DNA of 64,000 nt from Hyphomicrobium sp. (GCF_035548195.1 NZ_DASZTY010000037.1:13775-77774), one strand, 5' to 3'. Numbered from the stretch's first letter, positions 1 through 10,274 are shown. Notes: a model not told the origin generated them from the sequence alone. A program made the numbers and translations.

Positions 1-224
1 TGCGCCATTCCTGCGGCGTGGATGACCGCATCAACGCCGCGCACGACATACTCGGCTGCGAACGAACGCGACATGTCGCCAAGAGCGATTCCTTCGATGT
101 TCGGATCATCGAAGACGATGGGCTGGCGTGCGGCAGCCCGGACGCGATAACCGCTTTCAGCGAGCCTGCGGACCAGATGCTGGCCGATGAAGCCCGACGC
201 TCCCGTCACGAGTATTCGCGGCAT
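1..224 (-). CDS. NAD-dependent epimerase/dehydratase family protein, N-terminal fragment (rest lies beyond window start)
   Basis: Reverse translation from ATG (complement of 222-224) reads [28 protein letters not shown]..., a Rossmann TGxxGxxG N-terminus. It is absent from the ORF track because it runs off the window edge. Confidence 0.6.
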   Translation of the reverse strand, partial: MPRILVTGASGFIGQHLVRRLAESGYRVRAAARQPIVFDDPNIEGIALGDMSRSFAAEYVVRGVDAVIHAAGMA

Positions 225-270
225 GGCGGTCACGATCCGCGCCCTCAACTCTCAAATCGCCGTGCGGCCA

Positions 271-1671
271 CTACGTCATCTCGGATTTTATCACCTTGGC
301 TTGCGGCTTAAAGGTGTCGCCGAGAGTCGCGATCAAGCGGTATGCGGAAAAAATCGCGATGATGCCGAATGCGACGCCCCCGATCATGTTGCCCGCGAGC
401 ACGCCTTCGGCTTGGAAATACTTGCCGCCGATCAGTACGAACGGAACGGTGCCGAGCGTCGCGCGACCCCAGTTCAGGAGCGTGGAATAGTGGGCGCGGC
501 CGAGAGTGTTGAAAGCCGCGTTGGCGACAAACAACGCTCCCATGAACACAAACCAAGGCGATAGCCAGCGACAGAAAAAGACGATCAGATCGCGAAGCTC
601 TCCCTCGGCATGGAACAAGGTCGCAATGCCCTGCGCGAGAACGGCAAGAAAGAACCAGGCGATTGCGGTAAAGGCCGCCATCGTCAGCAACGCGAGGGTG
701 AAGGCGTCGCGCATGCGCTCTTGCGAACGGGCGCCGTAGTTTTGTCCGAGTATCGGGCCTACGGCTCCGGAAAGCGCGTAGATCGTTCCGAATGCGACCG
801 GCGTCAGGCGGGCCAGGATGGCCCAAGCGGCTACGGCTGCATCGCTGTAAGCGGCAATCGCGTGTGTGACGTAGCCGTTGCCGATCGCCGGCGCGATATT
901 GGTCAGCACGGCGGGCGCGGCGATGCGTAGGAATGCGGGCGCATCCTGCGCGAGCGTTGCGATCTTCGGCCGGCCCAACAAATCGTGTACTTTGACGACG
1001 CCATAAAAACCGATGGCTAACATTGTCAGACGCGCAATGAAGGACGAGACGGCGGCGCCTTCGATTCCAAATCCGAAATGGACGATCAGGATGAGGTCGA
1101 GGATCGTGTTCACCACCGCGCCGAACAGCGTCACGAACATGGCGCGGCGGGCATCTCCCGCAGAACGCAAGACTGCGGAGGATGTGATCGCGAGCGCCAG
1201 GACGGGCAGCGTCGGCACCAGAATTTCGAGATAGATCGCGGCGAGATCGAGCGTGCGGCCGCTGGCACCAAGCAATTCGAGCAATGGCACGATCGCCAGC
1301 CACAAGACCACAGCGATCAATGTGGAAGCGACAAATGCAAGCGCATGGGCGTTAGCTGCCAGCCGCCGCGCTCGAATGCGGCGGCCCGCACCCAGAGCGG
1401 GCGAGACAAGGGCGGTCGCTGCAATCGAAAGACCTATGCCAACCGAAGTCGCGAAGAAGAGAATCGAGCTCGCGTAGCCGACGGCCGCGACGACGGCTTC
1501 GTCATTCAATCGCGACAGAAAATAGATGTTTGCAAGATCGCCAACGAAGATCGCCATCAACCCGAGAGCGCCTGCGGCCGTCATCGTCAAAATGTGGCGG
1601 AGCAGCGAGCCGGTTACGAATTTCGGCCTTTCGGCATTGCGTCGCGCCGTCTCGACATTCGCCATCGGCAA
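271..1671 (-). CDS. MATE family multidrug/toxin efflux transporter
   Basis: 466-aa polytopic membrane ORF. The N-terminus (GSLLRHILTMTAAGALGLMAIFVGDLANIYFLSRL) and overall 12-TM-like layout are typical of NorM/MATE proteins. Confidence 0.85.
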   Translation of the reverse strand: MPMANVETARRNAERPKFVTGSLLRHILTMTAAGALGLMAIFVGDLANIYFLSRLNDEAVVAAVGYASSILFFATSVGIGLSIAATALVSPALGAGRRIRARRLAANAHALAFVASTLIAVVLWLAIVPLLELLGASGRTLDLAAIYLEILVPTLPVLALAITSSAVLRSAGDARRAMFVTLFGAVVNTILDLILIVHFGFGIEGAAVSSFIARLTMLAIGFYGVVKVHDLLGRPKIATLAQDAPAFLRIAAPAVLTNIAPAIGNGYVTHAIAAYSDAAVAAWAILARLTPVAFGTIYALSGAVGPILGQNYGARSQERMRDAFTLALLTMAAFTAIAWFFLAVLAQGIATLFHAEGELRDLIVFFCRWLSPWFVFMGALFVANAAFNTLGRAHYSTLLNWGRATLGTVPFVLIGGKYFQAEGVLAGNMIGGVAFGIIAIFSAYRLIATLGDTFKPQAKVIKSEMT

Positions 1672-1703
1672 TCTTTCAAGCTTCGTTGTCCGCGCTTAGA
1701 TAT

Positions 1704-2309
1704 TTAGAGTTTGCGCCGCGCTTTGAAGGCGGCGGCAAGGGTGCCGTCGTCGAGATAATCCAGTTCGCCGCCAATCGGTACACCCTGCGCCAGGCGCGAG
1801 ACGGTCACGTCCGTTGCTGTCAGCTGGTCGGATATGTAGTGCGCGGTCGATTGACCTTCGACCGTAGCGTTGAGAGCGAGCAGGATTTCTTTCACTTCGG
1901 GAGATCGCGCGCGGGTCAATAGCGTCGCGATGTTCAATTGCTCCGGCCCGATACCGTCAAGCGGCGACAGATGTCCGCCAAGAACGTGATAGCGTGCCGA
2001 TACGACGTTTGCTCTTTCGAGGGCCCAGAGATCGCCGACTTCTTCGACGACGACGATGAGGCTTTGGTCGCGACGCGGATCGGCACAGACGCTGCATGGA
2101 ACGACAGTGTCGAGATTGCCGCAAATAGGGCATTCGGCGATCTTGTCAACGGCCCGTTGCAAAGCGTCCGACAACGGCAATAGCAAATCGTTGCGCCGCT
2201 TCAAAAGCGACAGCACCGCCTTGCGCGCGGAACGCGGACCCAGCCCCGGCAAACGCGCCAGCAGCTGAACCAATCGCTCGATTTCAGGTCCTGCAATTTT
2301 ACGGGACAT
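1704..2309 (-). CDS. recR: recombination protein RecR
   Basis: 201 aa. Has the HhH N-terminus [14 protein letters not shown], the C4 zinc finger [16 protein letters not shown] and a Toprim-like [14 protein letters not shown]. Lies downstream of dnaX-ybaB. Confidence 0.95.
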   Translation of the reverse strand: MSRKIAGPEIERLVQLLARLPGLGPRSARKAVLSLLKRRNDLLLPLSDALQRAVDKIAECPICGNLDTVVPCSVCADPRRDQSLIVVVEEVGDLWALERANVVSARYHVLGGHLSPLDGIGPEQLNIATLLTRARSPEVKEILLALNATVEGQSTAHYISDQLTATDVTVSRLAQGVPIGGELDYLDDGTLAAAFKARRKL

Positions 2310-2387
2310 GCTCTGCTTATGCTCAAAAGGCGGCCCACCCCGGACCGCCTTCGTAGAGGTGTTGCGCGGCTCGAATGTCGCCGCGAG

Positions 2388-2708
2388 CTAGAACAATTTC
2401 ATTCCTGGCGGCAAGGGAATCCCGCCGGTGATCTCTGCCATCTTTTCCTGCATGGCGCTGTCAGCCTTGGCACGGGCGTCGGATGCTGCGGCGACAATCA
2501 GATCTTCGAGGATTTCGACTTCGTCGGGCTTCATCAGGCTAGGGTCGATGCGGACGCGCTTGACCTCGCCCTTGCCATCGACGGTCAAATGCACAAGCCC
2601 GCCGCCCGATTGACCTTCGATCTCGGTGCGCGCCAACTCTTCCTGCATTTCCTTGAAGCGAGCCTGCATCTGGCCCATTTGCTTCATCATGCCCATCAAG
2701 TCTTTCAT
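2388..2708 (-). CDS. ybaB: YbaB/EbfC family nucleoid-associated protein
   Basis: 106 aa, MKDLMGMMKQMGQMQARFKEMQEEL... and a GGIPLPPGMKLF tail. Lies in the conserved dnaX-ybaB-recR position. Confidence 0.93.
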   Translation of the reverse strand: MKDLMGMMKQMGQMQARFKEMQEELARTEIEGQSGGGLVHLTVDGKGEVKRVRIDPSLMKPDEVEILEDLIVAAASDARAKADSAMQEKMAEITGGIPLPPGMKLF

Positions 2709-2747
2709 GTGATCCTCTGCGTGGCGGCCGATGCCCGGTTGTGCGGC

Positions 2748-4592
2748 TCAGCCTGCTTCGCTCTCTTTATCGTCATCGGTGGCCATATCGCCTCCGGCGA
2801 TTCGGCGCACTTCCGCGATCTTCGCATCGGGAAACGCCTGAAGTACGGCGCGAACCGCGGGATGCGCCTTCAATTGCTCAAGCTCGGCGGCTTCGCGCGC
2901 GCGGCGAACATCCCCGAGCGCGGGCTGTCCGGCTTCTTTAGAGAGTACGACGACCCAGCGCCGCCCGGTCCATGCGTTGAGTTTTTCGCGAAGATCGTTG
3001 GCGAGTTCCGGCGGCGCGCCCGGCAGCAGGAAAATATCTATCGAACCGGCGACGGCATCGAACTTCACGAGGCTGACGTGATCTTCGAGGTGAATTTTCA
3101 GCTTGGCGTCGCGCTTCTCGCCTACGAGCGCTACGACTTCGGCGAAGGTGCGCGGGTCCGATGTCGCCACGCGAAACTGCGCTGCCGGCATCGAATTGTC
3201 ATCTTCGATTGCATCGCCGGTACCATCGTCAAGGTTGCCTTCGTCACTATCGAAGTCGAAGGACTCGTCTATCTCGCTATCTGACTGCTGAGCACTCGGC
3301 GCCGCCGTCGTTGTATTGACAGTAGGCCGGGTTTCCGACGTGCGCGTTTCTGCTGGAGCCAACGCCGGGCGTCGTGCCGGAAGCGCCGCGCCGCCGAGGC
3401 TTTTGATCAACTCGTCGGGCGTCGGTAAGTCGGCTGTGTAGGCGAGACGGATCAAAACCATCTCGGCGGCGACTCCAGGATTCGGCGCGCGTCCGACTTC
3501 TTCAAGGCCCTTGAGCAGCATCTGCCAAGCGCGTGAGAGGTAGGGCATCGACAGCCGGCTCGCGAGGTCGCTGCAGCGCTTCTTTTCCTCCGCCGTCAGA
3601 TCTTCCCCGGCAGGCTCCTCTCCCACGGCTTTGACGCGCGCGATGACATGAACGGCTTCGGCGAGGTCAGCCACCACTTCGGCGGCTTCGGCGCCGTCGC
3701 GATGCAGGCTCGAAAAACCGCTGAGCGCCGTCGGCAAGTCGCCTCGGAAGATCGCTTCCGCAAGATCGAAGATGCGGCCCCGGTCGGCGAGGCCAAGCAT
3801 GTCGCGCACGCTTGTCGCCGTGACGTGGCCTTCGCCCATCGCGATTGCCTGATCGAGAATGGACAAGCCATCGCGCACCGAGCCTTCGGCGGCACGCGCG
3901 ATCAATTGCAATGCGTCGGCATCCGACTTGGCGCCTTCGGCTTCGGAAATCTTCTTGAAATGCTCGGCGAGCACCGGCTGGTCGACACGACGCAGATCGA
4001 AACGCTGACAGCGCGATAGCACCGTGACGGGGACCTTGCGGATTTCGGTCGTCGCGAAAATGAAGCGGACGTGCGCGGGCGGTTCTTCCAGCGTCTTCAG
4101 GAGCGCGTTGAACGCGCCCTTCGACAGCATATGGACCTCGTCGATGATGAAGACTTTCGTTCGCGCAACGAGCGGCGTGTACTGCGCGCTTTCGATAATT
4201 TCGCGAATGTTGTCGACGCCGGTATTCGAGGCGGCATCCATTTCGAGGACGTCCGGATGACGCCCTTCCATGATCTCCTTGCAGTGGACGCCGAGGCCAG
4301 GCATGTCGATCGTCGGCTTATCGTAGCCAGGAGCTTCATAGTTCAAGGCGCGGGCGAGAATGCGGGCAGTCGTCGTCTTGCCGACCCCGCGCACGCCGGT
4401 GAGCATATAGCCTTGCGCGATGCGTCCCGATGCGAAAGCATTCCGGAGCGTCGTTACCATCGCCGACTGGCCGATCAGATCGTCGAACGTCGCGGGGCGG
4501 TATTTGCGTGCGAGAACGACGTACGGCTTCGCGGGCTCGACTCCAACCGAACCTGCAACGCCACCAGACGTATCCGATTTCTTCTTGGCCAT
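2748..4592 (-). CDS. dnaX: DNA polymerase III subunits gamma/tau
   Basis: Start refined to MAKKKSD... (ATG = complement of 4590-4592). Motifs: ARKYRPATFDDLIGQ, Walker A GVRGVGKTTTARILA and IIDEVHMLS. The 803-aa ORF-track version extends across the SRP RNA gene and into the SDR gene, so that extension is rejected. Confidence 0.93.
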   Translation of the reverse strand: MAKKKSDTSGGVAGSVGVEPAKPYVVLARKYRPATFDDLIGQSAMVTTLRNAFASGRIAQGYMLTGVRGVGKTTTARILARALNYEAPGYDKPTIDMPGLGVHCKEIMEGRHPDVLEMDAASNTGVDNIREIIESAQYTPLVARTKVFIIDEVHMLSKGAFNALLKTLEEPPAHVRFIFATTEIRKVPVTVLSRCQRFDLRRVDQPVLAEHFKKISEAEGAKSDADALQLIARAAEGSVRDGLSILDQAIAMGEGHVTATSVRDMLGLADRGRIFDLAEAIFRGDLPTALSGFSSLHRDGAEAAEVVADLAEAVHVIARVKAVGEEPAGEDLTAEEKKRCSDLASRLSMPYLSRAWQMLLKGLEEVGRAPNPGVAAEMVLIRLAYTADLPTPDELIKSLGGAALPARRPALAPAETRTSETRPTVNTTTAAPSAQQSDSEIDESFDFDSDEGNLDDGTGDAIEDDNSMPAAQFRVATSDPRTFAEVVALVGEKRDAKLKIHLEDHVSLVKFDAVAGSIDIFLLPGAPPELANDLREKLNAWTGRRWVVVLSKEAGQPALGDVRRAREAAELEQLKAHPAVRAVLQAFPDAKIAEVRRIAGGDMATDDDKESEAG

Positions 4593-4704
4593 TGATCCGG
4601 AGTAGCTGACTTTCGCCGTGAGAGCGAGGGAACAAGGCGACCCGCGCCAAACCTTGTCCAAAATGACCGCAGTCCGCGGAGGGCCATTGACCCTTAAACT
4701 CAAT

Positions 4705-4802
4705 ATGAGAGGCTGGCGAACGACCCGACTTCTGATCGTTAGGGCTGCTTCCTTCCGGACCTGACCCGGTTGGCGACGAATTCGTCCGCCGCCAACCTCC
4801 CG
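4705..4802 (-). ncRNA. ffs: signal recognition particle RNA (4.5S RNA, small bacterial type)
   Basis: The minus strand carries the conserved domain IV core GGUCAGGUCCGGAAGGAAGCAGCC (complement of 4743-4766). The 5' GAGGUUGGCG (4790-4799) pairs perfectly with the 3' CGCCAGCCUC (4709-4718), closing a hairpin of about 90 nt. It sits immediately upstream of dnaX (classic synteny). Ends are approximate. Confidence 0.85.
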
Positions 4803-4806
4803 CGCG

Positions 4807-4836
4807 TATAATGGGGCCAACGGCAGCGAAGTACAA
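4807..4836 (-). promoter_or_regulatory. candidate sigma-70 promoter for ffs
   Basis: ATTATA (complement of 4807-4812) lies about 7 nt upstream of the predicted RNA 5' end. TTGTAC (complement of 4831-4836) lies 18 nt further upstream. Confidence 0.3.
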
Positions 4837-4959
4837 CCCCGCGATACTGCAACCCACAAGTGTCGCAGCGCGACCCAACTTATTGATGCGAGGATATAAA
4901 CCTGGATCGATCCGCCTGTAGATATCGACGCGTACGAGAGATCGACGGAATCGCCGCCG

Positions 4960-5712
4960 TCAGATGCAGCGACCGCCGTCGACTTCGATGGCGACGCCGG
5001 TGATGAAGGCGCTCGCGGGATCGGCAAGGAAGAGTGCGGCGTTGGCAATGTCGAACGGCTTCGACATACGGCCGAGCGGTATACCCGCGATGAACTTGGC
5101 GCGGTTTTCCGGCGTGTCTGGCAGGCCCATGAACTGCTCAAGCATGCCGGTCTCGCCAATGACCGGATTGATGGCGTTGACGCGGATATTCTTCGGCGCG
5201 AGTTCCGCCGCCATCGATTTCGTCAGCGTGATCGCTGCGCCCTTCGAGCCGTTATACCACGTGAGCCCCGGACGCGGCCGGATGCCTGCGGTCGATGCTG
5301 TCGTGATGATCGAACCACCGCCGCGCTTTTCCATGACCGGCACAACGGCGAGCGTCGTCAGGTAGATGGATTTGACGTTGACCGCATAGATGCGATCGAA
5401 CTCGTCTTCGGTGACGGTCATCAGCGATTGGTTCTTGTGCGTGACGCCTGCGTTGTTGATGAGAATGTCGACGCCGCCGAACGTTTCGACGGCCGCGTCG
5501 ATCATCGCATCGACGTCGGAGCGTTTCGTCACGTCCGCGATTTTAGCGATCGCGCGATCGTTACCGATCTTTTGCGCGAGCGCGTCGGCCGCGGCGCCGC
5601 TGGTGTCGGCGATCACAATGTTCGCGCCTTCGGCTGCGAAAAGCTCCGCAATACCGCGGCCAAATCCCGACGCGGCACCCGTGATCACCGCCACTTTATC
5701 CTTGAGACGCAT
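4960..5712 (-). CDS. SDR family NAD(P)-dependent oxidoreductase (FabG/glucose dehydrogenase-like)
   Basis: 250 aa with TGAASGFGRGIA (TGxxxGxG), NNAG and a YNGSK-type catalytic motif. Starts 5 nt after the pheA stop. Confidence 0.85.
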   Translation of the reverse strand: MRLKDKVAVITGAASGFGRGIAELFAAEGANIVIADTSGAAADALAQKIGNDRAIAKIADVTKRSDVDAMIDAAVETFGGVDILINNAGVTHKNQSLMTVTEDEFDRIYAVNVKSIYLTTLAVVPVMEKRGGGSIITTASTAGIRPRPGLTWYNGSKGAAITLTKSMAAELAPKNIRVNAINPVIGETGMLEQFMGLPDTPENRAKFIAGIPLGRMSKPFDIANAALFLADPASAFITGVAIEVDGGRCI

Positions 5713-5717
5713 CGCGG

Positions 5718-6620
5718 TCAGCTCGACCGGCTCAAAGGCACTTGGCCGTTGGCCGCCAGTTCCGCAGCTTCCTTTCGGTACGGGCTTGCGGGGTAGGTTC
5801 CGAGAATCGTGATCTGTGTCGAGAAAAATGACAGTTCTTCGAGCGCAAGTTGCACGGGCCGATCGACAGGATGCCCCTCAATGTCGGCGAAGAACATCGT
5901 GGCGTTAAAAGTGCCCTCTTCCTGATAGCTTTCGAGCTTCGTCATGTTGACGCCGTTGGTCGCGAATCCGCCGAGCGCCTTATAGAGCGCGGCGGGCACG
6001 TTGCGAACGCGAAAGACGAAGGTGGTCATCACCGGGCCGTTGCCAGGCTCTGCATCGTCTGGATCTTTCGCGAGCACCACAAACCGGGTGGTGTTGTGCG
6101 TCTGGTCCTCGACATCGCTTTGCAAGATTTTGAGACCGTAGATTTCGGCCGCAAGGCGCGAGGCAATCGCGGCGGTGGCCAAGTCGTTGCCTTCGGCGAC
6201 TAGGCGTGCAGACCCTGCCGTGTCGGCTTCCGGAACCGGCTTCAATCCAAGCCGGCGAAGCGTCGAGCGGCATTGCCCGAGCGCCTGGGTGTGGCTCATC
6301 ACGCGCTTTATGGTGTCGATGGTCGCGCCCTCTTTAGCCATCAACTGATGGCGCACGCGCAGGAAGTATTCGCCAACGATGTAAAGCCCGGCATTCGGCA
6401 GCAGGTGATGGATATCCGCGACGCGGCCGGCGACCGAGTTTTCAATCGGGATCATCGCGTACCGCGTCTCGCCGGATTTAACAGCCGCGATTGCATCCTC
6501 GAACGTCGGGTACGCGACCGCTTCGAGGTCGGGATAGACTTCGCGCGCAGCGAGGTGCGAATTGGCGCCGGGTTCGCCCTGGTAGGAAATGCGCGGAGGG
6601 GTGCTGTCAGAATGCGGCAT
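5718..6620 (-). CDS. pheA: prephenate dehydratase
   Basis: 300 aa with ISYQGEPGANSH, IPIENSVAGRV and NTTRFVVL motifs, plus a C-terminal ACT-like region. Confidence 0.9.
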   Translation of the reverse strand: MPHSDSTPPRISYQGEPGANSHLAAREVYPDLEAVAYPTFEDAIAAVKSGETRYAMIPIENSVAGRVADIHHLLPNAGLYIVGEYFLRVRHQLMAKEGATIDTIKRVMSHTQALGQCRSTLRRLGLKPVPEADTAGSARLVAEGNDLATAAIASRLAAEIYGLKILQSDVEDQTHNTTRFVVLAKDPDDAEPGNGPVMTTFVFRVRNVPAALYKALGGFATNGVNMTKLESYQEEGTFNATMFFADIEGHPVDRPVQLALEELSFFSTQITILGTYPASPYRKEAAELAANGQVPLSRSS

Positions 6621-6671
6621 GACTTCGGGCGCCTGAACTCTCAGATTTGTGTGGATGGCGACATAGCCGTG

Positions 6672-7433
6672 TCATGGCGCGAGAAGGCGACGGGCGCGCT
6701 CAAGATCGGCCGGAGTATCGACACCGAGAGGAACAGTGTCAACGACGGTCACGTCAATACGCATTCCGGCTTCGAGTGCCCGCAACTGTTCGAGTTTTTC
6801 GCGCTTTTCGAGCGGAGACTGAGGCAACGCAACGAACCGTTCGAGGCTCGGCCGGCGGTAAGCGTAAATGCCGATGTGATGATAGAGCGGCCCCTCGCCC
6901 GAGGGTGCTGTGGCGCGCGTGAAGTAAAGCGCCCGAAGGTGGTCTTCGGCGAGCGGCGTGCCGACGACTTTGACGACGTTGGGATTGGTTCGCTCTTCGT
7001 CGTTCCCGATCACGGCTGCAAGAGTTGCGATATCAACATCGGACGTTTCGAGCGGTGCAATGCAACGCGTCACCAGAGTGGGATCGAGGGTCGGGAGATC
7101 GCCTTGCAAGTTGACGATGGTACTCGCCTTCCGGGCAGGATCGGATTTCGTGACGGCTTCAAACACCCGATCGGAACCCGACTCATGATCGGCTCGCGTC
7201 AGGACAGCGCTGCCGCCTGCACTCTCGACGGCGGATGCAATTTCCTGGCTATCGGTTGCGACGATAACCTGTCCGAGCTCGGCTGCCATTGCGCGGCGCC
7301 AGACGTGGACGATCATAGGCACTCCGCCTATGTCAGCGAGTGGCTTGCCGGGCAAGCGGGTCGCCTGCATACGGGCAGGTATGACGATCAAGATATTCTG
7401 GGGCACGTCGGTCGGAATCATCGTTCGTGACAA
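6672..7433 (-). CDS. kdsB: 3-deoxy-manno-octulosonate cytidylyltransferase (CMP-KDO synthetase)
   Basis: 253 aa with [28 protein letters not shown] and IVNLQGDLP motifs. Start could be M1 or M5. Confidence 0.92.
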   Translation of the reverse strand: MSRTMIPTDVPQNILIVIPARMQATRLPGKPLADIGGVPMIVHVWRRAMAAELGQVIVATDSQEIASAVESAGGSAVLTRADHESGSDRVFEAVTKSDPARKASTIVNLQGDLPTLDPTLVTRCIAPLETSDVDIATLAAVIGNDEERTNPNVVKVVGTPLAEDHLRALYFTRATAPSGEGPLYHHIGIYAYRRPSLERFVALPQSPLEKREKLEQLRALEAGMRIDVTVVDTVPLGVDTPADLERARRLLAP

Positions 7434-7589
7434 ACTGTCTCGCTTTCCTGGCGTGGCGAAACCGTTTGTGCGCTTGCATGGGAAAGGCGAGCTTATATAC
7501 CTGACTTAAGTCTTGATACAGTTGAATTGAACGGTCTCATTACACTAGGTTGCGCGTCACCGTCTGGCCGATACCCGGGGGACACCAGA

Positions 7590-8165
7590 ATGAGAATTGA
7601 CGAATTCGAGTTCACCAAGATCGCTGGCGCCGTCCTCTCGGCGCTCCTATTGATCTTCGGGACGAGAACAATCATCGACATGAACGTCGGACACGCGCCG
7701 GAAAAGCCTGGCTACACGTTACCGGCACCAACAGCGACCAGTGGCAAGGGCAGTGGAGCGTCAGCAGAGGCTGCCCCGGCGGCGGCCGAGACGCCCGATG
7801 AAGCGGCGAAGAAGGTTATGGCCTTGCTTCCCAAAGCCAACGCGGAAAACGGCAAGACGATTTTCAACAAGTGCCACGCCTGCCATGTCGCGGAAAAAGG
7901 CAAGAAGCCAACCGTCGGTCCGAACCTCTGGGACGTCGTCAACCGCAAGCGGGCATCCTATCCGGGATTTGCTTATTCCGACGCGATGAAGGCCAAGGGC
8001 GGCGACTGGTCTTTCGAGGAACTCGCGAAATTCATCCACAATCCCAAGGCCTATATTCCCGGCACAAAAATGATGTTTGCCGGGTTGCCGACTGCCAACG
8101 ACGAGGCCGACGTCATCGCCTATCTGGCGACACTTGCCGATACGCCCGTACCCTTGCCAAAATGA
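7590..8165 (+). CDS. cycM: membrane-anchored c-type cytochrome (CycM-like)
   Basis: Start refined to MRIDEFEFTKIAGAVLSALLLIFG (N-terminal TM anchor). Ala/Pro linker, haem site CHACH, and GTKMMFAGL (Met ligand region). Confidence 0.8.
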   Translation: MRIDEFEFTKIAGAVLSALLLIFGTRTIIDMNVGHAPEKPGYTLPAPTATSGKGSGASAEAAPAAAETPDEAAKKVMALLPKANAENGKTIFNKCHACHVAEKGKKPTVGPNLWDVVNRKRASYPGFAYSDAMKAKGGDWSFEELAKFIHNPKAYIPGTKMMFAGLPTANDEADVIAYLATLADTPVPLPK

Positions 8166-8305
8166 AGGCAAGTTAACTCGCTATGCTGCATAAAGTTTGC
8201 GACCCTGCCGAGCCGTTGGCGGGGTCGCTTCATATCCAGGCGCGGCGTTATCCCCGCCTCGCCCGGCCGTGTTAAACTTGGGGCAGAGAAAGGACGATAT
8301 CGAAT

Positions 8306-10240
8306 ATGCGGATGCGCCTGACGTTAACCCTTGCCGCCCTGGCGCTCATCAGTCTTTTGCCGGCTTCGCAGGCAGCACGGGCCGACGAATCGCAGTGCCG
8401 GCCGTCTCTCTCCCTTGTCGGCAAAGCGAAATACGGCCCCGATTTCAAGAATTTCGACTGGGTCAATCCGGATGCACCGAAGGGCGGCACACTTCGTCAG
8501 TGGGCGGACGGCACCTTCGATACGTTAAACCCTTTTTCCGATAAAGGCGTTAAGGCGGCGGGGCTCGGGCTGTTGTTCGATAGCCTGTTCGCGAGCAGTC
8601 CTGACGAGCCGGAAACGCAGTACGGCCTAATTGCAGAATGTGCATCCTATCCGGACGATTTTTCGTCGGTGACGTTCAAGCTGCGCCCGGAAGCGCGGTT
8701 CAACGACGGAACGCCGATAACGCCCGACGACGTCGTTTTCTCGTTCGACGAATTCAAAAAGGTCAATCCGTTCTACGCGTTCTATTACAAGAATGTCGTG
8801 AAGGCCGAAAAGACCGGCGATCACGAAGTGAAGTTCACATTCGATGTCAAAGGCAACAGAGAGTTGCCGATGATCATGAGCCAGCTCAACATCGTTTCGA
8901 AAGCTTATTGGGAAGGCAAGGACGCTAACGGCAAACAACGCAATCTCGGCGAAACGACCGTAGAGCCACCGCTCGGTAACGGCGTCTACAAGATCAAGTC
9001 TGTGGATACCGGCCGCAGCATCGTCTTCGAACGCGTCAAGGACTATTGGGCGAAAGATCTGCCCGTGATGCGCGGGCAATACAATTTCGACACCGTCGAA
9101 ATCACGTATTATCGCGACCGTGCTCCGGCGTTTGAGGATTTCAAAACCGGAAAGATCGATTTCTGGCTTGAAAACCGCGCGTCGGCGTGGGCTTCGCAAT
9201 ATAATTTCGATGCGCTGAAGAAGGGCCTAGTCAAGAAGGAGGCAATTCCGACCAAGCGCGTCGCGGCCATGCAAGCATTTGCGTTCAATATCCGGCGGCC
9301 GCAATTCGCCGATCCGCGGGTACGGCACGCATTCAACCTGTTGTTCAATTTCGAAGAGACGAACAAGAAGCTGTTCTATGGCTCTTACGTGCGTCTCGAC
9401 AGCTTTTTCGCGAACTCCGACTTGCAGTCGAAGGGACTGCCGAAGGGTCGCGAGCTTGAAATCCTGAACGAGGTGAAATCGGAGGTGCCTCCGGAAATCT
9501 TCACGACGGAGTGGAAAAACCCGGTTAACTCCAAGGAAGGCGATTATCGCAAGCATCAGCAGGAAGCGTTGAAACTATTCGAAGCGGCCGGCTGGAAAAT
9601 TTCGAGCGAGCCGGTGAACGACGGTTCGTGCGGCTACTTCTGCAAATTCATGCGTGCGGTCGGGTTATCGTCGGGAAGTAGTGCGCGCGTATTGCGCAAC
9701 GCCAAGGGCGAACAAATGACCGCCGAGTTCCTCATCAACGGCGATACATTCCAGAGCATCATTCTGCCTTACGTGCAAAATCTGCAGGCACTCGGCATCA
9801 ATGCATCCGTCCGGGTCGTCGACGATGCGCAGTACAAGCAGCGCGAAGACAGCCGCGACTTCGACATCATCGTGGATAATTTCGCGCAATCGAATTCGCC
9901 CGGAAACGAGCAGCGCGACTTCTGGGGTTCGGCGGCGGCGGACAAGCCCGGCAGCCGCAACACGATCGGCATCAAAAATCCGGCTATCGATAAGCTGATC
10001 GATAAGGTCGTATTCGCGAAAGATCGAGATGATCTCGTTGCGGCGGTTCACGCGCTCGACCGCGTTCTGCTATGGAACTTCTATGTCGTGCCGCAATGGT
10101 ACTATCCGTATGAGCGGATTGCTTACTGGGATATTTTCGGCCGTCCGAAGACGTTGCCGTCGCAGACCGCCGCGATGATGCAGACGTGGTGGATCGATCC
10201 GGAGAAACAGAAGGCTGTTGAAGCTGCAAGGGCGAAATAA
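8306..10240 (+). CDS. yejA: ABC transporter substrate-binding protein, family 5 (YejA-like), copy 1
   Basis: 644 aa with signal peptide MRMRLTLTLAALALISLLPASQAARA. Motifs: FDWVNPDAPKGGTLR, VTFKLRPEARFNDGTPITPDDVVFSFD and KDYWAKDLPVMRG. Confidence 0.85.
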   Translation: MRMRLTLTLAALALISLLPASQAARADESQCRPSLSLVGKAKYGPDFKNFDWVNPDAPKGGTLRQWADGTFDTLNPFSDKGVKAAGLGLLFDSLFASSPDEPETQYGLIAECASYPDDFSSVTFKLRPEARFNDGTPITPDDVVFSFDEFKKVNPFYAFYYKNVVKAEKTGDHEVKFTFDVKGNRELPMIMSQLNIVSKAYWEGKDANGKQRNLGETTVEPPLGNGVYKIKSVDTGRSIVFERVKDYWAKDLPVMRGQYNFDTVEITYYRDRAPAFEDFKTGKIDFWLENRASAWASQYNFDALKKGLVKKEAIPTKRVAAMQAFAFNIRRPQFADPRVRHAFNLLFNFEETNKKLFYGSYVRLDSFFANSDLQSKGLPKGRELEILNEVKSEVPPEIFTTEWKNPVNSKEGDYRKHQQEALKLFEAAGWKISSEPVNDGSCGYFCKFMRAVGLSSGSSARVLRNAKGEQMTAEFLINGDTFQSIILPYVQNLQALGINASVRVVDDAQYKQREDSRDFDIIVDNFAQSNSPGNEQRDFWGSAAADKPGSRNTIGIKNPAIDKLIDKVVFAKDRDDLVAAVHALDRVLLWNFYVVPQWYYPYERIAYWDIFGRPKTLPSQTAAMMQTWWIDPEKQKAVEAARAK

Positions 10241-10274
10241 TTCCGTGGCGGTTTTTCTTCAAAAGCGAACGGAA

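Noticed and set aside
2319-3284. Long antisense or shadow ORFs opposite real genes. Examples: 2319-3284(+), 6273-7430(+), 9984-10751(-), 13950-14831(-), 19559-20458(+), 22831-23691(-), 38789-39670(+), 40113-40985(-), 42441-43178(+), 45335-46207(-), 49643-50425(-), 51407-52630(+) and 54338-55117(+).
   Set aside because: Each lies entirely within, or opposite, a gene with clear family motifs. Their translations are Arg/Gly/Asp-rich with no recognisable domains. Stop-codon depletion in alternative frames is expected in high-GC DNA.
2748-4592. Programmed -1 frameshift site in dnaX (gamma subunit production as in E. coli)
   Set aside because: No A-AAA-AAG-type slippery heptamer was seen in the coding strand. 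The only Lys-Lys codon run (GAA AAG AAG) is not slippery. From memory, other Alphaproteobacteria produce the gamma form by proteolysis instead.
4593-5159. N-terminal 189-codon extension of the dnaX ORF (803-aa version in the track)
   Set aside because: The extension is Arg/Ser/Pro-rich nonsense. It runs across the SRP RNA gene and overlaps the 3' end of the SDR gene. The canonical DnaX N-terminus (MAKKKSD...KYRPATFDDLIGQ) begins at 4592.
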